Source: Diadema antillarum
Taxonomy: Eukaryota
Direction: 5' to 3'
Length of the DNA: 64,000 nucleotides
NCBI RefSeq assembly: GCF_040938485.1
Contig: NW_027271100.1
Span: forward strand, 372,001 to 436,000
Position numbers and translations under genes: made by a program
In this document: positions 53,166 to 64,000 of the stretch, one piece after another
Position numbering within the stretch: the first letter of the stretch is position 1
Layout: every line of letters begins with the position of its first letter
Notes under the pieces: generated by a model
Database searches by the model: none
Seen by the model: only the letters and a program-made list of their open reading frames with translations
Told to the model about the DNA's origin: nothing

Positions 53166-56100
53166 GTCTATCTATCTATCTATCTATCTATTGATCTATC
53201 TCACATTCTCTGGTTATTTTCACGTTTGTGAAACAGAGAATGAATTCCTCTGCTGGGTATACAGTGGACTCCCATTATAACGAAGTCCTCGGGATTGGCA
53301 GTTTTCTTTCATTATATCAACATTTTGTTATAACAGAACAAATAAACAATAAAAATACATAGAGTGAATCATGTTGCGGCCTGAATTTTATACTTCGTTA
53401 TGACTGTGTTCGCTATGACGGGAGTGCACTGTAATGTGTAAGTACAAGATATTGAGTTCAGAAGTCTAAATTTTGTTATTCTGTCAGATGGGTAACATCT
53501 TTGTTGTGTCATTTTTATTGAGTTTGGTGGAAGTGTTGTTTGAAATTCATTTCACTTATATTAACTTCCAAACAGATCAAGAACCTGCACTGCAAGCCAT
53601 CAGCACCATACAACTCTTTGCTCAGCGGCAGGAGAAAATTGTGCAGAAGAAGCAGAGAATAGCGATGCTTGCCAGCTCGGTGGTGGAAGACCCTGAGAAA
53701 AATGTGAGTATACTCTTTAACTCCTTTCCTTTGTTTCACTTGTGCCTTGGAGTAGAACTGACCATCAAAAGAAGTTAATTTGTGATGAATAGTTATGTGT
53801 CCAGAGATACAACTTTGGAAAACTGGTAATATACCATGTGAAAGGGAATGATGATGTGATACAGTGCACTCCTGTTATAACAAACATGGTTATAATGAAA
53901 TTGCGGTTGAAACAACAAAATGAAAATCCAGGTTGCAAAATCATCAGCTTTATGTTTTTTATTGTTTATTTGTTTGGTTATAATGAAATTTCGATAAAAC
54001 GAAAGAAAACTGCCAGTCCAGAGGACTTCGTTATAACGGAAGTCCACTGTAATAGGTCATTTTTATGCCTCCGCCACGAAGTGGTGCCGGAGGCATTATG
54101 TTTTCGGGTTGTCCGTCCGTCCGTCCGTCCTTCCGTCCGTCCGTCCGTCCTTCCGTCCGTCCGTCCGTCTTTCCGTCCGTCCGTAATGAATTTTGTGGAC
54201 AAGGTAACTATCAAAAGCTGTTGAGGTATCCTGATGAAACTTGGCATGTATGTGTATTAGGGGGTGAAGTTGTGCCTATCAACTTTTGGGTGCACGTGCT
54301 CAAGGTCAAAGGTCAAAAGGTCAAGGTCAAATACATAAAATTTCACTATTTCCACCATATCTATGCAATGCCTGAAGATATTTTCTTGAAACTTAGTGTA
54401 TACATGTATTACCCAATTTAGATTCTCTGGTGAAAGTTTGGGTCATGAGGTCAAAGGTCAAAGGTCAAAAGGTCGAGTAAAAGTATTAAAACTTCTTTTT
54501 TTTCTCTGTAAATTGGAAAATTGTTCAAGGTATCTTCATGGAACATAGTATATATACATGTACTGACTGGCAGTGATTATCTAGAGAATGTAGGGTTCAT
54601 GGGGTCAAAGGTCAGGGGTCAAAGGTCAAGTGCAACACTTCAAAATTTTACTATTTCCCTCATGTTCATGCAATGCCAGCAGGATTAGTATTTTTTTTTT
54701 ACACTTGGTGTATGCATGTGTAACCTAATAGAAATTCTCTGGAGAGTTTTTTTTTCTTTTTCTTTTTTTATTGCCTCAAAGGTCAAAAGGTCAAAGATCA
54801 AGTGAAAGTGCTGAACTAACTTTTTCCTCCATATCTCGGAAGTGGCTCAATTTATCGTGAAACCTACTGCATATCTATGCATGTTCTACCTGAAAGTGAT
54901 TATCTTATGAATTTTAGGGTCTAAGGCCAGATGAACATGGTAACAATTTACTATTCAGTACAGAAATTGCACTTTTTCTCCATACCGGTACCATGAAAAT
55001 TACTCAATGCATAAATGTATGAATGGGTCAAAGTCAAGTTAAAGTCCTTAAATCCCCAAATACATGCTCTCCTATTCATCCAATTAAACCAAGTTCAAGG
55101 AAGGTGAACATTCAACACATTTCTGACAAACTTGTCATTTCAATATTTTGCCAGTTTTGTGAAAATGTAATCACACATTGTCCACATGGACTATCTAGAC
55201 CTATTAGGAGAATCATGCATTATGGCGGAGGCATACCAGTCGCCATAGCGACATTTCTAGTTTTTTCTGTCATTGATCAAGTTTACACAGATTCTCACCA
55301 ATTTGCATTAATAATTCCTTCAAAGGATAAATTCTTCTTAGATAATAAACCTTAGTGCAATGACAGGGAAGTGTCATAAAGTGCTGTATTCTAATTGGCT
55401 CATATTTTGCAGCCTTTGAATGCAACTTGACTTGGTGTTTCTAATGCAGGATTCATATAACTTGGTGTTGATATGACATTTTTAGTGTATATACTTTGTA
55501 GACAGAATTTGCACCTTTGTGTCAATTAATCATTGTGTATATACTGTGTAATTTGTAATAGTATCTTTTTTTGTCCCCGCCGAACGAGTTTGAGCAGGGG
55601 ACTATGAAACGGGCTCCGTACGTGTGTGTGTCTGTCCGTCCGTCCGTCCGTCCGTCTGTGTGATCAAAATGTTCAATTTGCTACTTCTCTGTCATTTATG
55701 AGCCAATTTTGATTATGTTTGCTTTATATGATAGCACTACATGGAAGCTTTGAAACTGCTACACAGAATTTCAGTTGTGACCTTTGACCTTGACCTTTGA
55801 CCTATATTGTACATTTGCTTCAAAATGCTACTCCTTCGCCATTTCTAACCCGATTTTGATTCTGTTTGCTTTATATGATAGCACTACATGGGAGCTTTGA
55901 AACTTGTATACAGAATTTCAGTTGTGACCTTAGACCTTGACCTTTGACCTATATTGTACATTTTGCTTCAAAATGCTACTCCTTCGCCATTTCTAACCCG
56001 ATTTTGATTCCGTTTGCTTTATGTGATGGCACTAGGTGAGGGCTTGAAAACTTCTACACAGAATTTTGACCTTTGACTTCTTTGACCTTTGACCTTGATT

Positions 56101-59100
56101 TTTGACCTATATTGTACATTGGCTACAAAATGCTACTCCTTCGCCATTTCTAACCCGATTTCGATTCCGTTTGCTTTATGTGATGGCACTAGGTGAGGGC
56201 TTCAAAACTTCTACACAGAATTTTGACCTTTGACTTCTTTGACCTTTGACCTTGATTTTTGACCTATATTGTACATTTTGCTACAAAATGCTACTCCTTC
56301 GCCATTTGTAACCCGATTTCAATTCCGTTTGCTTTAAGTGATGGCACTAGGTGAGGGCTTCAAAACTTCTACACAGAATTTTGACCTTTGACTTCTTTGA
56401 CCTTTGACCTTGATCTTTTTACCTATATTGTACATTTTGCTACAAAATGCTACTTCCGGCAGGGACATATATTACGCAGCGCGTAATTTCTACTTTTCCT
56501 TGTTCCTGTTTGTAAATCTAGTGATTGTTCATATACAAATACTTCAAGTAAGCAATATTCAGGACTGTAGATGACACTGAATACAACAGTGACATCATAA
56601 CCAGGACCTGGAATTACACAACCTTCTTCAAAGATCCTTTGATATCCTGTTCCTTTCACTCTCTCAGGTGAACAGACTGAAGGACCTCCGAGCCATGCTG
56701 GATGTCCAAGAGCCGGACATTGTAGTGACCACACGGAAGCTGGTGATGCTGTCTCTGGTGGAGGTGTTCAAGGACGTCACACCGGGCTATAGGGTCAGGG
56801 AGTGGGGAGAGAAAGCCAAAACCACCCAGGTAAATCATGCATCAGTCGTATTGATGATAAGCTGCAAGCTTCTTTGTATGTCACCATATAAATGGAAGGG
56901 ATATGCCACATACTGCTTGTTCAGTGGTGAATATTCTTGGAAGAGAAGATATATATAGATATCTCCCAGCATTCTTTCTTTTTAAGAGGATCGGGGGGGG
57001 GGGGGGACGGGGGGGATGCCCAACAACAGTAGAAAGAGAGGTGAAATCATTTTGTTACGGAAATCTTTTTGGAGATATTTTTATGTCTGGGTTAATCAAG
57101 TAGAGTGAAAGACCCAAGAAGATGGTAATATATTTATTACAGTTAGCAATAAGAGATGAGATAGTACCAAACAGATTTTCTTTTTCTTTTTTGGCAATTT
57201 GATTAGATTTTCTGCAAAAGATAATTTTCTAAAATTTATCAAATCAAATTTCCCCATAAAGGTAACCACCTGTATAGAGATAAAATTGCACATCATATAA
57301 TTCCATTTTTACTCAACTAGTCAATCAGAAATTTTTTTCAGTCTAAATAAGTATAAAGTATCATATACAGTATCATCATGTTTTGTGCTATCATTTAAGA
57401 TCCAAAGCATACCAGTGCATTTTATCTTGTATTATGTTGATTTTTATTCTTCCAGCTCAGCAAAGAAGCAAAACTCAGGAGAGATTTTGAGGAAGGTTTG
57501 CTAAAAAACTACAAGTTTTTCCTGGAATTCTTGGAAAGGACAATTACAGGTATGAAGTGATGTTTATGAAAATGTTGGTATGCCTTGCGGGAGACACTAG
57601 AATGTTTTACCTTTAGCTCTTTCTTCATTCAAAGACATGATGTGCCTGGCTGACACGAATCTCTGACGTTTTAGTGACCTCGGATTAACAGAAAGGAAAT
57701 GTCATTTTTTATATCCCTAAAGAAGTTTAAAATAAATCACTTCAATTGGCCTTTTATGTTGATAGGCTTGTTGATATTGCTTAGATATTACTAGGCTTTT
57801 TCATTGCTCATAAGTAGTACTCATTTCTAGGAGAGCAAATTATTAACTATTAAATTAATTGAACAAAATTAGAAAGTATTTGGACAGTAAGAATGTGAGA
57901 GTAGTAATGCATAAAGCCATATGATGATACTTTTGAACGCTGTTTGCTGCATTAGTGTTGAAGGAGTAATCTAGAAGGTTAAGAAGGGAATCATAGGGGT
58001 TACCAGTAAGAGTCATGGTCTGTACATTTCATTTCAAATCAATTTATCATCCGCAGAGGTTCACAAGACCAAGAAGCAATTGAAGAAAGACAGTGAAAAG
58101 GAGGCGGCAAGGGCAAAGCCGAGACTGGTCCTCCCAGAGGCGGCTAAGCTGAGTCTGGCGGAGGTGGCTACGCGATGTCTCTGCACCTTACTCAACGCAC
58201 TGCCTCACTTCAACTACAGGACCAACATCATCTCAGTGGTGGCCAGTAGGATGACCAGCAGACATGAGAAGGTGATGTATGGGGTTGTCATGGTAACAAG
58301 GCTTATAATGAGTTTGATTTGATTTGATTTGATTTGATTTGATTTGATTTATTCACAAAATACATGTACAGTGAACTCCCATGATAACAAAGTCCTCGCG
58401 ACCGGCAGTTTTGTTTCGCTATATCGAAATTTTGTTATAACCAAACAAATAAACAATAAAAAACATAGAGCGGATTATGTTGTGACCTGAATTTTTACCT
58501 CATTTTTAACAGGAAATTCATTGTAACCATTTTAGTGATAACAGGAGTGCACTGTACATACAAATGGTTTCCACATGGAACAATCATTTATATATCATAT
58601 ACATTTATGAGTGAACCATCATAAGCTATTCAGTCAATCTGTCAACATGTTGCGTCACTTTTTTGACAGATCTCCACGGAGTGCTGCCAAACCATGAAGA
58701 AGCTGTTCAAGGGAGACTCCACTGGGGAGGCATCCCTGGATGCTGTCCGCTACATCAGCCGCATCGCCAGAAACCATGGTTACCAGATATCACCAGAGGT
58801 TAGCCCATATTTAGATGTTTAACAAAAAAAGCCACAGTTTGTTTCATTTACTGTACCCTTTAATGTAACTGATGGAGAGTGTGCAAAAAGGTGTCTGCAA
58901 TTGCAGAAAACTTGAAAATTTATTGAAGTTTGAAAATATGTTTCCAACCCTGAAAAGTTTTGGGAAAACACAGAAATTACCAGAAAGTCATAGGGGGTCA
59001 TAGAGATTATTTTATCAGAAAACTATTCAGGGTTAAGTGTGTAACAGGTGGTCTGACAGGCAAAGTACATTTTGCTGGAGGATGGCAGAGGATTCTACTG

Positions 59101-62100
59101 ATGATTTCACCATGCAAATTACACCAACAACAACAGAAGTTGTCAGACCGACTATAATGAGTTTAGTGCTATTAGTTGAGTCTATTTTAGACACTTAGCT
59201 ATAAACATTGTGAGTACATTTGATACCCTCAATGACATCTGCTTGGAGCTTCTATACTTTACCATCACTGGATGTTGGACAACAAAGACTTTATTTGAGA
59301 GTTTGCATGATGCTGTAAATGAAAAAGGGAGGGTTTTACCGCAAACTTATCTTCTTCAAAGACTTTATTTCCACATGTGTTTTATCTCTTTGTTGTGGCT
59401 TTGCAGGTCTTGAAGACTTTCCTGTCACTGAGAATCAAGGAGGTGAAGACGGGGAACACCGCCGAGGAGAACCGAAAGAAGATGTTGGAGGAGAGGAAGG
59501 AGAAATTCAAACGTCTCTCCCGCTCCCAAAAGAGGGTGAGTGGGCTGGCTAGTTCTGTGGCTTTGATTGTGTGCCCACAGGTTTAATATTCTTTACAGAT
59601 ATGCTTACATAAGCAGACAGTTACTTCATCTGTTGATTGTGGTCTGATGTTATTTCCTACATTGAGAGCCATCAGTAGTAATATTGTAAGGACAAGTTGA
59701 TTTTGCTATAACACAATTCCCATAGACACCTGCCCGACAATACTCGGGACCAGTCTTTAGCAGGGTTATGACAGGCTTCTGGATTAAGCTCTTTACTCTT
59801 CAGTATTAATAGCAGGTTACTAGTTTGTGCTTTACACGGTGTCAGTGGTAATTTTGAAAGGGCAGTACAAGTGTATGATTAGACGCTCTGTATTGCTAAC
59901 ACAGATACAATTGTGAGTGTGTTGCATATGGGAAGATTCAGATGTCACAAATAGTCATTTTTGTTATTTCCTGAGGAATAGCAGCTATAATGAAAAAGTT
60001 GTATCTACTTTGAGTGCTGTTTAGGAGATTCATAGGTTGTTGCAGGCAGTGACATTCTGACAACATTAAAATCACCATTGCTATGTCATTTCGGTTTGAC
60101 GTATCTGTAATGTTACTGGTCAGAGCACTATACAAGTAATTTTGCATTGAACTTTGCTTACACTTAGTCAAGGTATACAAGGTGAAATTGGCAGTGTGTA
60201 AAGTGTCTTGCTGTGTTTCTCCGACAGTATCACAAGAGACTGGAGAAGCTGAACAAGGAACTGCAGGCCACAGAAGCACAGGAAAACAAGAATAAGAAGC
60301 TGAAATTGGTGAGCATTTTAATAACGTTTGCTCTCTCTTTTTTTTGCGTGTCATATGTTTGGTCATGAAATTTCATGTCATGAAATAAGATAGTGATGAC
60401 CAAAATAATAATTTTTCGAAGCTTTATGTTTTGCATTGTCTGCGCCTTGAAATGGTTGCAGATGTCTTCTAAACAATATCCTTAATTAGCCCCATTTAAT
60501 ATATCATATTCTATGTTATGTAGAGCTGCCATGAATTAGCAGCAAATGTACTTACCACAGTACACACTGAACTGCTCACAACTTTGCCCTGCAGTTATCG
60601 ATGTGACAGGAATCAATGTGACTTGCAGTAACTATAATAAATGCTTTGTAAAACATGCCCCTGAGCACGCAAATTACACTATTGTCTTTTTGCTTTCTTT
60701 GCACGACCTCAGCACACAGAGATTGTCCAGATCGTCTTTGCCACGTACTTCCGCATCCTGAAGCGTGCCAGCCATTCTGTGATGCTGCCCTCAGTGCTGG
60801 AAGGACTGGCAAAGTTTGCGCACCTCATTAATGTGGAATTCTTTGATGACCTCATACACGTACTCCACAACCTTGTGGAGAAAGGGGTGAGGACATTTCT
60901 AAGATGTCTTTGTTGAAAGAAACGTTGAATATACAATAGAAATGAAAAGGTCTGATGTATTAGTAAACCAGAAACATATTTCAGTGCAATAAGAAATACT
61001 TGAGTCTGTAGGCTAGGTGATCATGCTATTACTACTTCGTCTACAACTGCTGCTGCTAAAAATTTATGTTATAGCTCCAAAGGTTAGTTCTCCTTTGGTT
61101 CTTAAAGAATGTTCAACTCGAATCATATGCGGTTGTTGGAAACATCACTTCTAGCTCACCACTAACTTTTGCAAAGTATGATGATACCATACAAGGATTC
61201 TGTGGACTTCTTTATACATGGAGCTGATATTCGTGGAAGCAGTTTAGTACTCTTGTGTGATAACATTGATAAATAAAGTGTATAAAAAGAAATAAAATTA
61301 TGAAGTCAGACCTTTTTTCCATGAACACATTGTCACAAGCCTTAAAAATTCTCTGAATAATTTGGTGCTTCTATTAAAAAAGAAATGATGCCTTAGATGT
61401 TGCATTATTGCAAAATTGAAGACAATGTTTTCCTTACCCCTCATTTCCTGCTCCACCATAGGATCTGAAGTACAGGGAATCTCTACACTGCACCCTGACG
61501 GCTTTCCACATTCTGTCGGGGCAAGGGGAAGTCCTGAACATTGACCCCAGCAAATTCTATGCTCACCTGTACATCACGCTACCTCTGGTTCATGCAGGTA
61601 GGCTGCCGGATAACTGGGCTGAAACTTAACTCTCACAACACCTCATGTTTCTGTGTTCAGTATGGCTGATGGGTTAATATCTGAGAATATTGTAACTTGT
61701 GTAAAGGGACTAATTTTTCATTCATACATGGACCCCATGGAAGACCAGCTTAGGGTAGCTGAATATGGCCTATCCAGCCATATTCTTAGATGGAAAATGA
61801 ACAAACAAACATATGTACTTGAATATGGTACACATTATACAGAGTACAAACTCAGGATTTGACTGTATAAACCAATGAATGAAGCATTCTCAAGTCCTTG
61901 TCTATTTTCATAGCAGCTGTATGTAGAGGTGTCCTGTAAGTGCATGAGAAAAGATTTAAATTTATTGATACTTAAAGGCAGATGGATACATTCATTGCTG
62001 AGGAGAGTGTTCAATTCATTTTATGGTATTAGGATTTATTCTTAAAAGATAAAACTTTTTTCTATTTATCATGCACCGTGCATGAAACAAGAAGGTGAAG

Positions 62101-64000
62101 TTATCTCTATATACCACATAGAAACTGAAGTCAACATTTACTAAATGTAATTATATAAGCATATGATCGATTAAACGATGGCAAAAGAATGGCTTTTGGC
62201 AATTAGGAACCTCCACCTGCCTGGGTCATTATCCCAAAAGATCCATTATGTATGCCAGGTATCTGCATTCTCATGTTTGATTTATGTCCATTGCCAGGAG
62301 TGAGCAGCGAGGATGCAGGGTTGGTGTGTGAGTGTCTAGAGGTCATGATCAGCAAACGTCGTAAGCAGGTCACCGTACAGCGTGTGCTAGGTTTCCTCAA
62401 GAGGCTGGCCACACTAGCCCTCCTGGGTCTTCCCAACGCTGCCATCGCTTACCTGGCTACTCTTAGGAACTTGATGAAGGTGAGTGGGATGAAGCATCTT
62501 ATAGGGAGACTGTAGAGGATATTAGGGGGTTGGGATCATCTATGGATAGAGAGATGATGTTTATAGTGGAAGTGTGAAATGAACATTTAACCCTAATCAG
62601 GCTGGGCTTTTTTGGCTATGCTATATCTGGGGGGGGATTCCGCCCGCCCCCCTTCAGATCTCGCCTATGGAACGCGTGATCGCGCCGAAAATCGGCACAC
62701 GCGACGCCCGCGACGTATACTATCAAAATGTATGGTTGCTGCCTCCGAAAAATTTTTCTTATATTTTATATTAATTAATTATTGTAATTTATGCATAAAA
62801 TCAGTATTGGGCTCTAAATCACTTATTAATGTTCTAATTAAGCTAATTTCTTTTTAAGAATGTTTCTTGTATCATTCTCCTGAGACATAGGAAAAAAAAA
62901 AAATCTGTATCGAAATTAATTTCTTATGTATTTGATTGTTTTTTGAATTTCTTATGTATTTCTTTGTTTTTCGACCTTTTGTTTTTGTTTGTTTTTTGGC
63001 CAAAATTTGTCACAGACATTTTTCGAAGCTTTATTATGCTAAAATAAATTAATTTCATCCATTCTAAGTCAAGATATGAATTTTTATGTGAATTAATTGA
63101 AAAAACACAATTTGCATTGGATTTGTACACAAAATCACGTTTTGGAGCAATTTTGGTGTTGACCAATTTTTTCGAACGGGCGTCGCTTCAAAACGATACG
63201 CGCGGGTGCAACAATTTTGGTCTCAAAAGTTGCGCGATACTTGAAAGAAAAAAGTCATGAAACATGGCGGCGGGAGCTTATCGCACTGCCAAGATATTGC
63301 GTGAAACGTCGAGGGGGGGGGGGCGGATTCCGCCCCCCCCCCCCCCCCCCCCCCCCCCAGCCTGATTAGGGTTAAGGTATTGCACAGGCTTTAGTAAACA
63401 CAAACAGGAAGTTGGAATGTCATGAAATATCTTAAAGTTTCAAATATTTTCATGATGTAGGTTGCACTGACACAGGCAAATAGGATGATGTTAAGGCCCA
63501 GCGATGCCAACTGAAACTTATGTGCAGTATTTTGTACCGTGTTTTGCCAAAAATACTTCAGGTTTCATGGAAAATAGTGTTTTTACCAAATTGTATTGCC
63601 ACACTTGTGTATGATAAATTTACTATTTTTCCTCCAACAATATGCGCTTTCAGCCATCAATATTCTGCAGTGCTGCTTACAAATTAGGCATCCCTGAAAG
63701 CCTCAAAACTGTGGCCGAATTTTTTTTTTTCATAAAAAAGAAATGTCACATTGATTTTTTTTTTTTTTAATTAGCATCTAAAGGTCACCTTTGCTAAATC
63801 TTTACAACACAATGATATTGTAGTGTGGATATTATGTACCAGAAATGTTAGAATGAAGGGCACAGGTTAACATTTTCCAGTATCGTTTTAGACAAGTTAA
63901 TCCTCTGTTTTAGAGCCAAAATTATATTTCAAAAATTCCTCTTTTTGCAGTGGTACCCCAAGACGGATGTTCTCCTTGACAACGAGAGTATGGGGAGTGG
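48478..64000 (+). CDS. NOC3L: Nucleolar complex protein 3 homolog; 15 exons visible, 3' end beyond the window
   Basis: Exons 48478-48492, 51123-51346, 51622-51792, 52523-52770, 53576-53703, 56668-56829, 57456-57549, 58057-58271, 58670-58798, 59407-59535, 60228-60308, 60713-60886, 61462-61597, 62298-62479, 63951->64000. All junctions are GT-AG and in phase. Motifs [79 protein letters not shown]. Confidence 0.95.
49281..49543. mobile_element. MITE with ~48-bp TIR and ATTT TSD (Sola1-like by TSD), NOC3L intron 1
   Basis: ATTT-GTGACCCGCTACAACAAAAGGATCCTAAAGTCGCTGACGGGCGAGCC ... GGCTCACCCGTCAGCGACTTAAGGATCCTTTTGTTGTAGCGGGTCAC-ATTT. Confidence 0.88.
50550..50972. mobile_element. Tc1/mariner (pogo/Tigger-like) MITE
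   Basis: TA-CAGTTGAACCTCTCTTATC ... GATAACAGAGGTTCAACTG-TA with subterminal TCCGGATA repeats. Confidence 0.85.
52942..53120 (-). mobile_element. pogo/Tigger-like MITE family D, copy A (left end in the gap)
   Basis: Ends ...CGTTATAACGGGAGTCCACTG-TA; repeated GTTATAAC motifs. Confidence 0.85.
53135..53200. repeat. (TCTA)n microsatellite
   Basis: Directly visible. Confidence 0.9.
53262..53431 (+). mobile_element. pogo/Tigger-like MITE family D, copy B
   Basis: TA-CAGTGGACTCCCATTATAACG ... GGGAGTGCACTG-TA. Confidence 0.85.
53862..54049 (-). mobile_element. pogo/Tigger-like MITE family D, copy C
   Basis: TA-CAGTGCACTCC ... CGTTATAACGGAAGTCCACTG-TA; approximately the reverse complement of copy B. 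Confidence 0.85.
54061..55262 (+). mobile_element. Non-autonomous Helentron-type element (HINE/DINE-1/pearl-like)
   Basis: T-run ends; 5' subTIR ATGCCTCCGCC with a nearby partner and 3' partner GGCGGAGGCAT; (GTCC)n microsatellite; internal GGTCAAAGGTCA-rich repeats; 3' hairpin GTCGCCATAGCGAC then CTAG-TTTT. Confidence 0.85.
55566..56495 (+). mobile_element. Second Helentron-type element with about five internal tandem repeats of 147-159 bp
   Basis: subTIR TGTCCCCGCCG / CGGCAGGGACA; (GTCC)n; repeat anchor GCTACT at 55680, 55827, 55975, 56132, 56290 and 56449; 3' hairpin ATTACGCAGCGCGTAAT before a T-run. Confidence 0.85.
58314..58350. repeat. (GATTT)n microsatellite
   Basis: Directly visible. 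Confidence 0.9.
58369..58554 (+). mobile_element. pogo/Tigger-like MITE family D, copy D
   Basis: TA-CAGTGAACTCCC ... GGAGTGCACTG-TA; internal sequence matches copy B. Confidence 0.82.
59686..59768. mobile_element. Degenerate copy of mini-MITE family C
   Basis: TGATTTTGCTATAACAC...CTCGGGAC...GGGTTA shared with 36198-36282. Confidence 0.6.
62591..63371 (-). mobile_element. piggyBac-like MITE related to family B, in a NOC3L intron
   Basis: TTAA-CCCTAATCAGGCTGGG ... CCCAGCCTGATTAGGG-TTAA. Internal blocks (GGTCTCAAAAGTTGCGCGA, TGTACACAAAATCAC) match 27606-28391 in reverse. Confidence 0.88.

Noticed and set aside
61179-61232. C/D box snoRNA candidates in NOC3L introns (ATGATGA...CTGA here and at ~49650-49740)
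   Set aside because: No convincing terminal stem or recognisable rRNA antisense element; these boxes arise by chance in AT-rich DNA. A snoscan/Infernal search would settle it.

Overview
AT-rich, intron-rich animal genomic DNA, most likely an invertebrate deuterostome such as a sea urchin (inferred from gene style and repeat types). There are two N-gaps (24412-24590, 52812-52941). Five host genes can be built by hand; the exon chains of the three multi-exon genes have GT-AG junctions and consistent phases. (1) An atypical orphan class A GPCR (minus, one large ORF 8580-10766, 3' end ambiguous). (2) A complete 10-exon, 488-aa secreted pancreatic-lipase-family gene (minus, 14870-25529) with a TATA+Inr promoter. 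(3) A single-coding-exon RING-filamin-NHL protein (plus, ~31432-32940). (4) A complete 10-exon COX15 heme A synthase (minus, 39515-48039), head-to-head with (5) NOC3L (plus, from 48478, 15 exons visible, running off the window). Introns and intergenic DNA hold many non-autonomous DNA transposons: TTAA-flanked piggyBac/Kolobok-like MITEs, AWWT-flanked Sola-like MITEs, TA-flanked Tc1/pogo MITEs and two Helentron-type elements. One Harbinger-like element still carries the first exon of a MADF/Myb-like DNA-binding gene between arrays of GAGACGTCTC palindromes. No tRNA, rRNA or CRISPR was seen. No new system is proven; the best leads are the Harbinger-MADF relic, the hairpin+GCTC tandem array, the B-box-less RING-NHL protein, the motif-degenerate GPCR and inverted MITEs around a NOC3L exon.
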